The notes: generated by a model from the sequence alone, not told the origin. Shown: positions 17,115-27,064, numbered from the stretch's first letter. The stretch is DNA of 64,000 nt from a virus (IMGVR_UViG_3300025849_003344), one strand, 5' to 3'. Numbers and translations: made by a program.

Positions 17115-17620
17115 TATTTACCTGCTATTTCTAAGTTATATAATTTATCGTGGATATGATAATAGTAATTATATTTTTCATTAAAGCATGATCGTGCGGT
17201 GCTTCTCGGAAAGGCTAAACTTAGATTAACAATAATACCCTTTCTTGCATTATCTATTGCTATGTCATCATAAGTACTGTATATACATCTATCAATATGT
17301 TGCCCGCAGAAAAAAATATTTGGCTTATGTTTATGTTTTAATTCCTGAGTATAAAACCAATTCTTTGCCTCAACTTTAGGCCAGTCATGATCAGTTAATG
17401 ATTCTATCTAACCATTATGTGTGTTATGCGACACTATCTGATATCCATTGTTCGCTAAAACACTTAGACTGTACTTAAGATAATTATAAAAATATGCTCC
17501 TGACTTTAATACGTCATAAAAATCACTTGTATTGCTAGATTTAAGAGTATTTTCTTTCCAATGAGATTCACTCCACATATCAACTACGACAATATATCCT
17601 TTAGGCCAAGGTGAAGACAT
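17114..17620 (-). pseudogene. Isochorismatase/cysteine-hydrolase-like ORF interrupted by an in-frame TAG
   Basis: 169-codon frame with a single TAG at 17408-17410. N-part has IVVVDMW, C-part has IFFCGQHIDRCI. The terminal TAA overlaps the next ATG. Confidence 0.6.
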
Positions 17621-18788
17621 TATATAAGTGTTCCTTGTATTTAGAAATTCTAGAATTTTTCATGTACAAATAATAGTTATATTCTATCTTTTCAATTAAA
17701 GAAGGTTGACTAAATATTGACATTGGTTCTTTTTCAAGTCGTTTGACGTTGTCAGCAATATGCTGAGCTCTCTTGTATATATTATATCTGCCGTCATCTT
17801 CACCTCCTTGTGGTTCTTCAAAAGAGTAATCAAACAGCTCATCGTATAATTCAAAGCCATATTTACTTGCAAATATTTGATTATCTTTAGGACCGCCAAA
17901 TATAATAAAAGGAAGCTTAGCTATTACGTGCTTAAAAGTTTTTTCTGTATAAAATCCATCAACCGCCATAGTCTCATTAACTACAGAGAAATGGCAATTT
18001 AGCATTTCTTGAGGTATTCTTCTTTCATCTATAATATTTAAAGGATCTTTAGGATTAAAATAAGAATATTTAAATTGCAATTCGTATGGATCGTGTTTTA
18101 AAACTTCTTGCTGATTATTTTTTGCGTAATTAATAAATTGTAAATAACCAGAATCTTTTATATCTAAATTGCAATTGCTAATCCATTCTAGTTTGTTAAG
18201 ATCACTTTTATTAATTTTTGTAACGATAGAGTTCTCATCTATCAAATCATTATATGCAAACACCGAATACAATATACTAGACTTGTCTTTTGTAATATCG
18301 CCTACAAATAAATTATAAAAATATTCTTTATCAGAGAATCTAGAATGGTAAGTATTTTGCCTAGTTCTATGATTCCATTCGTCATGCTGATAACGCATAC
18401 TAAAGAAAAAACTATTAATGTCAACAAAAATAGGATTGTCGGTAATAGTATTTGTTAATATTTTTATATTGTTATCGAGAAAAAACTTTTCGTATTGTCT
18501 TGTCAATTGACTAAGATTTTCACCACCATATTCCCAACTATCGTCTAGAAACACTTTAATATTATTATCTAGACACCATTTTATTTCCTTCATTTGGGTC
18601 TCAGGAAATACACTATTATGTTGTATACTATGATTGTAGTAAATTATTGCAATGTTTTGCTCATTATGATTTACATCTAAAAAGAAAGGTTTGTGGGTAA
18701 ACGTAGTCTCCCACAAACCTGCTAACTTCACGTCTTGAAGCCATGAATTGCCTCCATGGATATCATAATCTAAATATGTATTAATCAT
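17601..18788 (-). CDS. Glycosyltransferase-like protein (GT10-like C-terminus), paralogue of 14879..16024
   Basis: SVVNET...YTEKTFKHVIAKLPFIIFG...GFELYDELFDYSFE. Confidence 0.5.
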   Translation of the reverse strand: MINTYLDYDIHGGNSWLQDVKLAGLWETTFTHKPFFLDVNHNEQNIAIIYYNHSIQHNSVFPETQMKEIKWCLDNNIKVFLDDSWEYGGENLSQLTRQYEKFFLDNNIKILTNTITDNPIFVDINSFFFSMRYQHDEWNHRTRQNTYHSRFSDKEYFYNLFVGDITKDKSSILYSVFAYNDLIDENSIVTKINKSDLNKLEWISNCNLDIKDSGYLQFINYAKNNQQEVLKHDPYELQFKYSYFNPKDPLNIIDERRIPQEMLNCHFSVVNETMAVDGFYTEKTFKHVIAKLPFIIFGGPKDNQIFASKYGFELYDELFDYSFEEPQGGEDDGRYNIYKRAQHIADNVKRLEKEPMSIFSQPSLIEKIEYNYYLYMKNSRISKYKEHLYNVFTLA

Positions 18789-18790
18789 TA

Positions 18791-19201
18791 TTACTTATTG
18801 CCGATATTATATTTTGGGCAAAGTTCCCACTGTTCTTTCTCTTTAAAAGGAATAATTTTAATCTGTCTAAGTGGCGCTAATGGTTTGGCTTCTTCAGCAT
18901 TTTGAATCTCAACCAAACCCCAATCAGACATTAGAGTTGTAATAGTATTTCTACGAGCTACATCATTTTCTTCAAGATTTGCTTTCTTACCGTCAAGCAA
19001 GAATAACTCTTTAAAATGCACAATAAAATAACGGCCTTGTTTATGCAATATATGACAAGACTGAAATAGTTTTTTATCTTTACGGGATGCGACACCAATA
19101 CGTGTCAATGTTTCACGAACCTTTAAAAAATCATCTGGTTCGTTTAAAGTAATTTCCAACATAGTAGCTGGAGACCACTCAACAATTATTTGTTCTTCCA
19201 C
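18791..19201 (-). CDS. regA: Translational repressor RegA
   Basis: PDDFLKVRETLTRIGVAS, LFQSCHILHKQGRYFIVHFKELF. Confidence 0.97.
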   Translation of the reverse strand: MEEQIIVEWSPATMLEITLNEPDDFLKVRETLTRIGVASRKDKKLFQSCHILHKQGRYFIVHFKELFLLDGKKANLEENDVARRNTITTLMSDWGLVEIQNAEEAKPLAPLRQIKIIPFKEKEQWELCPKYNIGNK

Positions 19202-19565
19202 CTTTATTCACCTTCTTCTTTAACCCATTTATTTGTTCGGGTGAGAGAAGTGGTAATATTTGACGAGCTTTCTCATTACTATAGCCATAATATTTTTTAA
19301 CCACTTCAACGTCACTCTCAATCTGAGGCTTTATCCATTTAGAAAAGCGTTTGCGCTTTCTAACCATATTTATAAGAAAGTCAAATTGTAAACGATTGTC
19401 AAGGTGGTGGTAGCGATTCATCTCATTAGCTAGTACAACAGTATCGTTAAAATAAGAAAGTGAACGATTGACCATAAAACTGTTATATGCTTTTTCTGTT
19501 ATATCATCTGTTATAACATCTTTTTTAGTGGTATTAATAGAATTTAAATAATCAAACGGGTTCAT
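19179..19565 (-). CDS. 62: Clamp loader small subunit gp62
   Basis: PFDYLNSIN, YNSFMVNRSLS, QFDFLIN, YYGYSNEKA. Confidence 0.93.
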   Translation of the reverse strand: MNPFDYLNSINTTKKDVITDDITEKAYNSFMVNRSLSYFNDTVVLANEMNRYHHLDNRLQFDFLINMVRKRKRFSKWIKPQIESDVEVVKKYYGYSNEKARQILPLLSPEQINGLKKKVNKGGRTNNC

Positions 19566-20602
19566 AGCTGTCCTTCAATTCCACTATCTACTCCAGGCCA
19601 TTCGGGCTTAAATAGTCTTTTGATACCTTCTAACATTTCAAATGTTTCTTCTGGCCTAGATACGTGAAAACATCGATGAGGAAACGATTGTATTTGTTTA
19701 GCAAAAGGATAATCGTTGCCGCCTTCTTGAGTATCATCGCCAAAGAAGATAATACTATTATACACTTCTTCTAGGTGTTTGTACACCTGTCCTTTATCCC
19801 TTCCGTCTTCACACACGTCGATGCCAGTTTCTCCAGCAATTTGAGCAGAGTACGAATGAAATACTGAATTAAATTCTCTTGCTAAGATTTCTCTTTCATT
19901 AGTGCGTTCATCATATTTAATATATTCCTGACGTTTCTTCTTTGTACAGCCTCTTCCTATAATAGAGAAATTCATCATACCAGGACGTAGGTCAATATGT
20001 TTTTTACCAGTCCTATATGGAAACTTGCTTTCTTCAAGTCGCTGCTTACACCATTTAACCATTACTGTCGACATAGTAAACGTAGGAACAGACTTGACCA
20101 ACTCATCATTTACCCATAACTCATTACCAGCGCACTGATAAGAACCTTTTACAACTTTAGTTAAATCTCCTAATTGCTCTTTAGTCTTGGCAAAGTCTGA
20201 TCCAGTAAGAAAGTAAATATCGACACTACTAGAAAGTTGCCGTATTACTTCTGCATAATCAGGATCGATCTTTTCTCTACTAGGAGTAATAGTTCCATCA
20301 ACATCAAAAACAAGACAATTATCTTTTTTAGTTTGTGCTATAGCTTCTTTTATTCTCTGACCTAAATTTTCACCTGTCAGCTTTTTTGTATCAATATCTT
20401 TATTGATCCATATGTCATGACCAGGCACTCTCCAATAAAGCATAGGAACAGTCTTATGACCTTTCCTTTTCAGGAAGGCTTTTGCCTCTGGATCTTTGGT
20501 AATGTCGACTGCTTGAAAGTCTTCGGTGCCATCCATCTTACTGAGCATGCGCTTCATGATCTCACAATAGTGGCATCTTGGTTGTGTGTATAGTATTAGC
20601 AT
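19562..20602 (-). CDS. Glutaredoxin (NrdH-like) fused to a HAD-family eukaryotic-type phosphomannomutase
   Basis: N-term YTQPRCHYC (CxxC) and TVP; C-term FDVDGTITPSR, TGSD, NFSIIGR, FFGDDTQEGGNDYP. Confidence 0.8.
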   Translation of the reverse strand: MLILYTQPRCHYCEIMKRMLSKMDGTEDFQAVDITKDPEAKAFLKRKGHKTVPMLYWRVPGHDIWINKDIDTKKLTGENLGQRIKEAIAQTKKDNCLVFDVDGTITPSREKIDPDYAEVIRQLSSSVDIYFLTGSDFAKTKEQLGDLTKVVKGSYQCAGNELWVNDELVKSVPTFTMSTVMVKWCKQRLEESKFPYRTGKKHIDLRPGMMNFSIIGRGCTKKKRQEYIKYDERTNEREILAREFNSVFHSYSAQIAGETGIDVCEDGRDKGQVYKHLEEVYNSIIFFGDDTQEGGNDYPFAKQIQSFPHRCFHVSRPEETFEMLEGIKRLFKPEWPGVDSGIEGQL

Positions 20603-21540
20603 TAATTAAACTCTACATTTGCCATTATCTCTGTCATACAAGCCACAACATTTAATTCGTGATCTGCCACGAAAGCGTGCTTGTATTGATAGTCTGCTAA
20701 TATAAGTACGAGTTGCGGTATTGATCTACTAGCAACTACTTCTGTCATATTATCATATAATCCACGAAAGATAGATGAGGCATCGACGTCCATGTTATTT
20801 GCGACCCAATGCCTCATCTTCTTGAAGTCTTTTTCTTTTAGGTGTTTGGAGAGATCACTAATGGAAGCAAGGCCATTGCTATTATCGTTACCATTAATCC
20901 CGCTACCACCAAATCCACTTCTTTGCCCTTCATTTAATACTCTCCTCCAGTCTGGAGCGTACTTCATAACGAGATTAGCCGCAGCATTTTTCTCGAATGA
21001 TACGCCTTCTTGATTAAGTATATATACGAAACGCTTGAAAAATTGTGCTGCTAGCTCGGCCATTTCTTTCTTTGAAGTATTAAATTCGTATACACCACAG
21101 CGAGAGTGAAGTGGTTCGATAATACGATTTTTAAAATTACAAGTAAGAATGAACCGGCAATTATTGCTAAACTCTTCAATAAATCCGCGAAGTGCAGGTT
21201 GAGTAGATTGTGGATTAAGATAATCTGCTTCGTCTAAGATAACAACTTTATATCCACCCTGTAATGAAACAGTAGATGCAAATTGCTTGATCTTAGTACG
21301 AAGTGTATCAATGTTGCCTTCTTCCGAACCATTGATTATGATATAATCTAAGCCCAGTTCATTGCATAATGCTTTAGCAACAGTCGTTTTACCTAGACCG
21401 GCTGTACCGGTGAAAAGCATGTTAGGCATTTCACCGGTATCAACCATGCTCTGAAACGTGTCTTTAAGTCTAGGAGGCAGTATCGTTTCAGATATAGCTT
21501 TAGGCCGATATTTTTCGACCCATAGAAATTCGTTTGACAT
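20602..21540 (-). CDS. 44: Clamp loader large subunit gp44
   Basis: LWVEKYRP, GTAGLGKTT, ILDEADYL, NCRFILTCN, PLHSRC. Confidence 0.97.
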   Translation of the reverse strand: MSNEFLWVEKYRPKAISETILPPRLKDTFQSMVDTGEMPNMLFTGTAGLGKTTVAKALCNELGLDYIIINGSEEGNIDTLRTKIKQFASTVSLQGGYKVVILDEADYLNPQSTQPALRGFIEEFSNNCRFILTCNFKNRIIEPLHSRCGVYEFNTSKKEMAELAAQFFKRFVYILNQEGVSFEKNAAANLVMKYAPDWRRVLNEGQRSGFGGSGINGNDNSNGLASISDLSKHLKEKDFKKMRHWVANNMDVDASSIFRGLYDNMTEVVASRSIPQLVLILADYQYKHAFVADHELNVVACMTEIMANVEFN

Positions 21541-21562
21541 ATTCTTTCCTTCATAATATAAT

Positions 21563-21592
21563 ATAATAACATAGTTCAATAGGAAAGTACAT
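21563..21592 (-). promoter_or_regulatory. Early-type promoter upstream of gene 44
   Basis: ATGTACT-N17-TATTAT. Confidence 0.5.
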
Positions 21593-21594
21593 AG

Positions 21595-21819
21595 TTATTC
21601 AGCGGTAGCTTGCTCCTGCTGATAGTTTTCTGCCAATTGAATAACTTGAACACATTGGTCACGAAGTTGTCCAATAGTAGAAAGCTCTTCTCCTTTAAAG
21701 GCACCTCGTTGACACATAGTGTCAATCACCGCAATCATACTGCGCGAAGCACGATTACTTGTTTCATAAATGGGAGCATGCGGATCCGCTGCTTGCTCTT
21801 CTTTTTTATTTTTTGACAT
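21595..21819 (-). CDS. Hypothetical protein
   Basis: ORF between gp45 and gp44; AMIAVIDTMCQRGAFKGEEL-like motif. Confidence 0.7.
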   Translation of the reverse strand: MSKNKKEEQAADPHAPIYETSNRASRSMIAVIDTMCQRGAFKGEELSTIGQLRDQCVQVIQLAENYQQEQATAE

Positions 21820-21820
21820 T

Positions 21821-22495
21821 TTATACTCCGTATTCTGATGTCTTTTCAAGGGCGATCCAATATTGAATGCCTACTTCTTTGTTAACAAAATGTGAAATAA
21901 GTTTTGATGAGATACCAACTTCATAATCACCCGGAATCATTTTCAGATTTGCAATATTAAAGATGAAGTTAAAATTATCTCCTACAAATTCTCCACTCAC
22001 ATCAATGGAGAATGCATTTGACGTTGCGTTTTGACTATCAACAACTGATAGACTTAACACTCCGTCTTTTCCAGTAATGGAAAGCTCAGAGTGGCCAAGA
22101 GTCGAGGCCGCTCGTTTAATTCGATTTAGTGTATCTTGATCCAAATTAAATGTCACATCAGCAGATGGCATTTTAACATCCTTACTAGGAGACGTTAGCA
22201 TCTCAGGATCAGAAAAGAAATATTTAATTCGAGAGCGATTACTGCTATCTGTAATAACCACATAATCTTGCTCAAATGCTAAACGAGGTTCACCAACGAG
22301 ATTGATAACACCTAGAAACTCATTGAGATCATAGATGCCAAATTCTTGTGGGAAACTTTCATCGAGCGTAGCCGAAGACAAAACATTGCGTGCCTCGGTC
22401 ATAGTTTTAATTGTGTTACCTTCTTGAATCACGATATTGGGATTAATCGATGCGTAATTCTTCAATACAGAAAGTGTTGAGTCTTTCAGTTCCAT
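21821..22495 (-). CDS. 45: Sliding clamp gp45
   Basis: TLSVLKNYASIN, FGIYDLNEFL, IKYFFSDP, YWIALE; position. Confidence 0.96.
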   Translation of the reverse strand: MELKDSTLSVLKNYASINPNIVIQEGNTIKTMTEARNVLSSATLDESFPQEFGIYDLNEFLGVINLVGEPRLAFEQDYVVITDSSNRSRIKYFFSDPEMLTSPSKDVKMPSADVTFNLDQDTLNRIKRAASTLGHSELSITGKDGVLSLSVVDSQNATSNAFSIDVSGEFVGDNFNFIFNIANLKMIPGDYEVGISSKLISHFVNKEVGIQYWIALEKTSEYGV

Positions 22496-22521
22496 TATAT
22501 ACTCCAGTTGATTATGTATAT

Positions 22522-22551
22522 ATTATACCACATGTTAACGTCATTGTAAAC
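22522..22551 (-). promoter_or_regulatory. Early promoter upstream of gene 45
   Basis: GTTTACA-N17-TATAAT (T4 early consensus). Confidence 0.75.
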
Positions 22552-23575
22552 TATTAAATTCAAATCCACGAATTTTATTCATAATTTTTGTGTTCCTTTC
22601 TAACTCTTCTTTGCAAAAATGATCATACTGAGAAATTATCTCCATAGGCAAATATTCTACGCTATCGATTTCTTTTTGAGTCATGGTGAATATTGGAGAG
22701 CACCACCGTGGATCATATACAATATTATTCCAGACTAGGTTACATTCTATATTTAGAGAGTTATGCCATTCTGTTATTTCGTTAAGACTGCGAATATTAT
22801 AACTAGAAATTGTTGGAACAATACTTAAAACTTGTATTCCTAAATTAAAAACTAACTCTAAGTTTTTTACTGTTTTATCAAACGGAGTACCTCTAATCCA
22901 ATCATATTTTCTTCCTACAGCATCAATGCTGAATATTAATTCGAAATTATAATGATATTTTTTTATAATATCTAAAAACTTCTGAGGTATTAGTACGCCA
23001 TTAGTTACAATTACAACTCGGCAAAAAGGATTTATTTCAAATAAAGATTCTAATATTTGAACGTTACGCATGTCAGCAAAAGGTTCTCCACCTTTCAATG
23101 TTAATGTTTGCAAATCAGGTAATATTTCTAATACCTTTTCTAAATCGTTAGCCGATAAACTATATGATTTTTCTGCTGGACGATCGAAGTAATGTTCTAT
23201 TTTTCTCCACTGGCTACTAAACTTACTTCCACAGGTTACGCATTGTTGATTGCAAGTATTGCTTGTCGTAAGTTCTAAATATTGTAAAGTTTTTAGATCT
23301 GGATCAAATCTCTGAGAATCGTCATAGCCAGTAAAAATGTTTTGCTTTTTGTCATTCTGACAAGCAACACAATCCTTTATTTTGTTCCATCCAAAAAGGT
23401 CAAACGATTTTTGTATTTTTTCATATTCTTCACCATAAAAAAAATCATATAAACTATCTACGTCGCTTATGTGAATATTAAAAATACCTTTTTTGCTTTC
23501 AATCATACAGCATAACGTTAAATAACCCTGCGGATCAATAGTCATGCCAGTCCATGGAAAAGTACAGTTTTTCAT
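22541..23575 (-). CDS. Radical SAM protein with N-terminal SPASM/twitch-like segment
   Basis: CTFPW...LTLCC; TSNTCNQQCVTC (CxxxCxxC); GGEPF, TNG, SIDA. Confidence 0.88.
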   Translation of the reverse strand: MKNCTFPWTGMTIDPQGYLTLCCMIESKKGIFNIHISDVDSLYDFFYGEEYEKIQKSFDLFGWNKIKDCVACQNDKKQNIFTGYDDSQRFDPDLKTLQYLELTTSNTCNQQCVTCGSKFSSQWRKIEHYFDRPAEKSYSLSANDLEKVLEILPDLQTLTLKGGEPFADMRNVQILESLFEINPFCRVVIVTNGVLIPQKFLDIIKKYHYNFELIFSIDAVGRKYDWIRGTPFDKTVKNLELVFNLGIQVLSIVPTISSYNIRSLNEITEWHNSLNIECNLVWNNIVYDPRWCSPIFTMTQKEIDSVEYLPMEIISQYDHFCKEELERNTKIMNKIRGFEFNSLQ

Positions 23576-23576
23576 T

Positions 23577-25283
23577 TTAAGCCGCTATTTTACTAAAGTT
23601 TTTTTCTTTTATAAATTCTAGTTTATGCTGAAACTTTCCATCCAGAATATCTCCCTTGTGAGAAATGATGAACGTATTTGAATTCTCATCAAGTGAATGT
23701 AAGATTTTCATGAGGTTTTCAACGCCATCGTGATCTAGACTGGAATCAAACGTTTCATCTAGTAGAAGTAGGTTTGTTGAAATAGAGTTTTTCATTTTAG
23801 CAATCATTCTCCAAGTAAAGAGAAGCGCCAAATCGATACGCTGCTTTTCACCTTCAGAAAATGAGTCATATGAGAATGCATCTCTGTGGCGTGATCTTAT
23901 TGTTTCTTGAAAGCTTTCATCTAAATCAAAATGAACGTAAAAATCTAAGATTTGCAGATATTGATTAACTAGCTTATTGATCACTGGCATGTATTGCTTA
24001 ATGATTTTTGTTTTAATGCCTGTATCCTTTAGCATCTCTGACATAACATTGTTGTAAGAGTATTCTTCGTTTAGTTCAAATTTCTTATAATTTAAATCAC
24101 TAACAGTATTTTCCATTACTGATAGTTCATCTTTAGCAGATTCAATATCACCAGTTTGATCTAGTTCTGTCTCCAGAGTTCGAATCTCATTTTGGATCCT
24201 GGCGATTGTTTTATTGTTAGAATGAATAACTGACTGCTTCGATCGCACTCCAGTGAGTTCATTAGTGACCCTCGTAATATTTGTTTCCAGATCAGCATAC
24301 TTTTCAGAGGCATGGTCCATTGCTTCTTTAAGTTCTTTTGCTTTAGCTTTGGAGTTATCCAGCTTCGATGATCTGAGTTCATCACTAATATCTTGGCTGC
24401 ACGTTGGGCAATTCTCATTTTCTTCGTAGAACTTAGAATCTTTAACGACCTGGGACATTTGCTGGCGGAATTGAGCTTGGTACTGTACGATCGCTTGCCT
24501 TTTATCGTGGACTTTATTAAGTTCTTCTTCGAGCGGGGCTTGCCTTTCTTCAACTTCCGCCGATAGGCCAATGTTTTCATCTTGTAATTCCTTAGCTTCT
24601 TTAGTTAGCTCATTAACTCTAGAATCTTTCTTTTCCTTCTCTACATTATTCAATGCTTTAATATCAGAAATGTATTTTTTCTGAGTTGTAATTTTATTAT
24701 TTTCGACGTCTAATTTAAAGGAAATATCTTTTAGACTATCTTTAAGTGTAGCAGTTTTTTCTTTTAAAAGCTGATTCATTTTAGAAAAAACATTAATGTC
24801 CAGAAGATCCTCGATCACATCCCGCCGGTGTTGTGCAGGGAGTTGCATGAAAGGAACAAAGGAGGACGACCCCAAGACAACGATCTGATGAAAGCTTTTA
24901 TGATTTAGCTTCAAGATGTTTTGCTCGAGAATCTTCTGGTACTCTTTGGAATGAGATGATTGATTAATCATATCACCATTCTTCCAAATCTCAAATACGT
25001 TTGGTTTAATGCCACGTATAATTTTATACGAAGCTTTACCTACATCAAAGGTAACTTCAACCGAACAGTTTTTATTGTTAATTGAATTTACTAATTGTGG
25101 TTTGTTGATATTACGATGTGGCTTACCAAATAAACCAAACGCAATAGCGTCTAGCATGGTTGACTTGCCAGCACCATTTTGACCTACAATCAATGTAGAC
25201 TTAGATTGGTTTAAATTGACTTCTGTCCAATTATTACCTGTAGACAAGAAGTTTTTAAACCTTAAACTTTTAAATAAAATCAT
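23577..25283 (-). CDS. 46: Recombination endonuclease subunit gp46 (Rad50-like)
   Basis: GQNGAGKST, CPTC hook, FSEGEKQRIDLAL, LLLDE. Confidence 0.97.
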   Translation of the reverse strand: MILFKSLRFKNFLSTGNNWTEVNLNQSKSTLIVGQNGAGKSTMLDAIAFGLFGKPHRNINKPQLVNSINNKNCSVEVTFDVGKASYKIIRGIKPNVFEIWKNGDMINQSSHSKEYQKILEQNILKLNHKSFHQIVVLGSSSFVPFMQLPAQHRRDVIEDLLDINVFSKMNQLLKEKTATLKDSLKDISFKLDVENNKITTQKKYISDIKALNNVEKEKKDSRVNELTKEAKELQDENIGLSAEVEERQAPLEEELNKVHDKRQAIVQYQAQFRQQMSQVVKDSKFYEENENCPTCSQDISDELRSSKLDNSKAKAKELKEAMDHASEKYADLETNITRVTNELTGVRSKQSVIHSNNKTIARIQNEIRTLETELDQTGDIESAKDELSVMENTVSDLNYKKFELNEEYSYNNVMSEMLKDTGIKTKIIKQYMPVINKLVNQYLQILDFYVHFDLDESFQETIRSRHRDAFSYDSFSEGEKQRIDLALLFTWRMIAKMKNSISTNLLLLDETFDSSLDHDGVENLMKILHSLDENSNTFIISHKGDILDGKFQHKLEFIKEKNFSKIAA

Positions 25284-26341
25284 ACTGTTTCGATAGCCTG
25301 TGCTTCAGTCATAAGATTACGCATAGAAACCTTTAGCCTAGGTTTATCTAAGTCTGTATCAACAGCTTCGATATACGAATCCAATAATTCAGTCGTCTCT
25401 TCAATTGAAACAGATTCATCTTCAACATTATCACCAATAAACTCGTCAAAGTTTTCAGCAATTTTTAGATCATGAATCTTCCTGTTTTGTATTCTATCAA
25501 CAAATCGATCAAATGTAAACAGGTCTTTTTTATTAACGACAACAATTTTTACGAACTTATTATCTAAATCAGTTACGTTGTACTTATTATAATCTATTTT
25601 GTCGTCATTGTACACAATTTTATGAAATAAAGTGTGAGGATTTTGTATAGCTTCTATCTCACGTGTTTCTGTATCAACAACATGAAAGTGTTTGGGATCA
25701 TCGGCATCAGACCAAAAGAATTCTAATTGAGTGCCAAGATATGTTACATTGTCACGCTGCGATTTAGTATGGTAATGTCCTGATAAAACTTTTTCAAACC
25801 GAGATAGTGTTCTATGATCTAATCCGTGCGGAGCAACAACACCACGCATAACATTAAAACCAGCAAATTCAAAGTGACCGCCGACCCAGTCGCACTTGGC
25901 ATTTTGTATAAACTCCATTGTGCGGTCGTTGTTTTCAGGACAAATCCACGGTATCATTCCAATCTTAAGAGATCCATATTCCATTACGGTTGGTTCATGA
26001 ATAATATGGACCTCATTCATGTAATGCCCAAGTAACTCTTTTAATGAATTTAGATCATTAGTGTTTTTGTAGTAAGTGTCATGGTTACCACAAATGATAT
26101 CCATTGTTATTTTTTCTTTCCGAATCCGTTCAAGGAATACATGGCGGTTCCGGTTAAGAGCGCGGAAGTTAATAAATTTCCTGTTATCAAAGTAATCGCC
26201 AAGATGGATAATATGGCGAATATCATGTTCCAAAAGATAAGGAAAAAATACATCATTATAAAATTTCTCTGCATTATCGAGAAATACGTCAGAGCTATTG
26301 CGGATACCACAATGAGTGTCATTTAAAATTGCTACTTTCAT
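25280..26341 (-). CDS. 47: Recombination endonuclease subunit gp47 (Mre11-like)
   Basis: NDTHCG, HLGDYFD, GNHD, GHFE, SGHYH. Confidence 0.97.
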   Translation of the reverse strand: MKVAILNDTHCGIRNSSDVFLDNAEKFYNDVFFPYLLEHDIRHIIHLGDYFDNRKFINFRALNRNRHVFLERIRKEKITMDIICGNHDTYYKNTNDLNSLKELLGHYMNEVHIIHEPTVMEYGSLKIGMIPWICPENNDRTMEFIQNAKCDWVGGHFEFAGFNVMRGVVAPHGLDHRTLSRFEKVLSGHYHTKSQRDNVTYLGTQLEFFWSDADDPKHFHVVDTETREIEAIQNPHTLFHKIVYNDDKIDYNKYNVTDLDNKFVKIVVVNKKDLFTFDRFVDRIQNRKIHDLKIAENFDEFIGDNVEDESVSIEETTELLDSYIEAVDTDLDKPRLKVSMRNLMTEAQAIETV

Positions 26342-26916
26342 TTAAAAAACTTTGTCAAATCAGAATCTACTTTTTGCATTGGACGCCGGCGTTTCTTTTC
26401 TTTTTTAACAAAAGCTTTTACTTCAGTATCATATTCTTTTACTTTTTCGATACGGCCTCTTAACGTGTCAATGAAGTGAGCTGATACTGCATTATCAGTT
26501 TCGTCCAATAAGAAAGATTCAACACCTGTTTGTGACATGTATTTAAATTTAATATCTTGCTGTTTCTTTTCTTTAGCAATACGACGTAAAAACGCATACC
26601 AAGAAATCTGTGTAAAGTATGCAAACGCATTAGGTTTACCAGATCGTGTGGCTGCTTCTAGATTATAATTTTCGATGGCTTTTAAACAATTTTCAACTGC
26701 GTCCATAACCATTTCTTCACGATACGTATACCGAATAAAGTTTGATTTATGAGAAAGTCCTTCAGCAATCTTAAGAAAACACTGAGCAATATAGTTTGGA
26801 ACTATAGGGAGAGCTTCTTCGTTTTGCTTAGCTTCACGTACAATTGTAACGTAGTCTACAACCGCTTGTGAGAATTGTGCATTATTTACGTAATGTGGTC
26901 TATCTTTAGGTTTCAT
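26338..26916 (-). CDS. 55: Late sigma factor gp55
   Basis: HYVNN, NFIRYTYREEMVMDAVENC, FAYFTQISWYAFLRRI. Confidence 0.97.
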   Translation of the reverse strand: MKPKDRPHYVNNAQFSQAVVDYVTIVREAKQNEEALPIVPNYIAQCFLKIAEGLSHKSNFIRYTYREEMVMDAVENCLKAIENYNLEAATRSGKPNAFAYFTQISWYAFLRRIAKEKKQQDIKFKYMSQTGVESFLLDETDNAVSAHFIDTLRGRIEKVKEYDTEVKAFVKKEKKRRRPMQKVDSDLTKFFK

Positions 26917-26937
26917 AATATATCCTCAATATAATAT

Positions 26938-26967
26938 ATTCTATCACATTTGGGCACGGATGTACAC
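26938..26967 (-). promoter_or_regulatory. Early promoter upstream of gene 55
   Basis: GTGTACA-N17-TAGAAT. Confidence 0.75.
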
Positions 26968-26999
26968 TAAAAAAATAATTAATTTTAGCTAAATTAACT

Positions 27000-27029
27000 G
27001 TGTACAAACCATATAAACTGGTGTATAAT
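27000..27029 (+). promoter_or_regulatory. Divergent early-type promoter with no downstream sense ORF
   Basis: GTGTACA-N17-TATAAT on the plus strand. Confidence 0.6.
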
Positions 27030-27064
27030 TAAAGAGTAAGCACTGAGGGAGGACAGTATACCTG

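Noticed and set aside
17408-17410. Possibility of genome-wide TAG recoding
   Set aside because: Core genes are uninterrupted, and TAG terminates several genes (13793, 54621, 55722, 56675); only one internal TAG was seen
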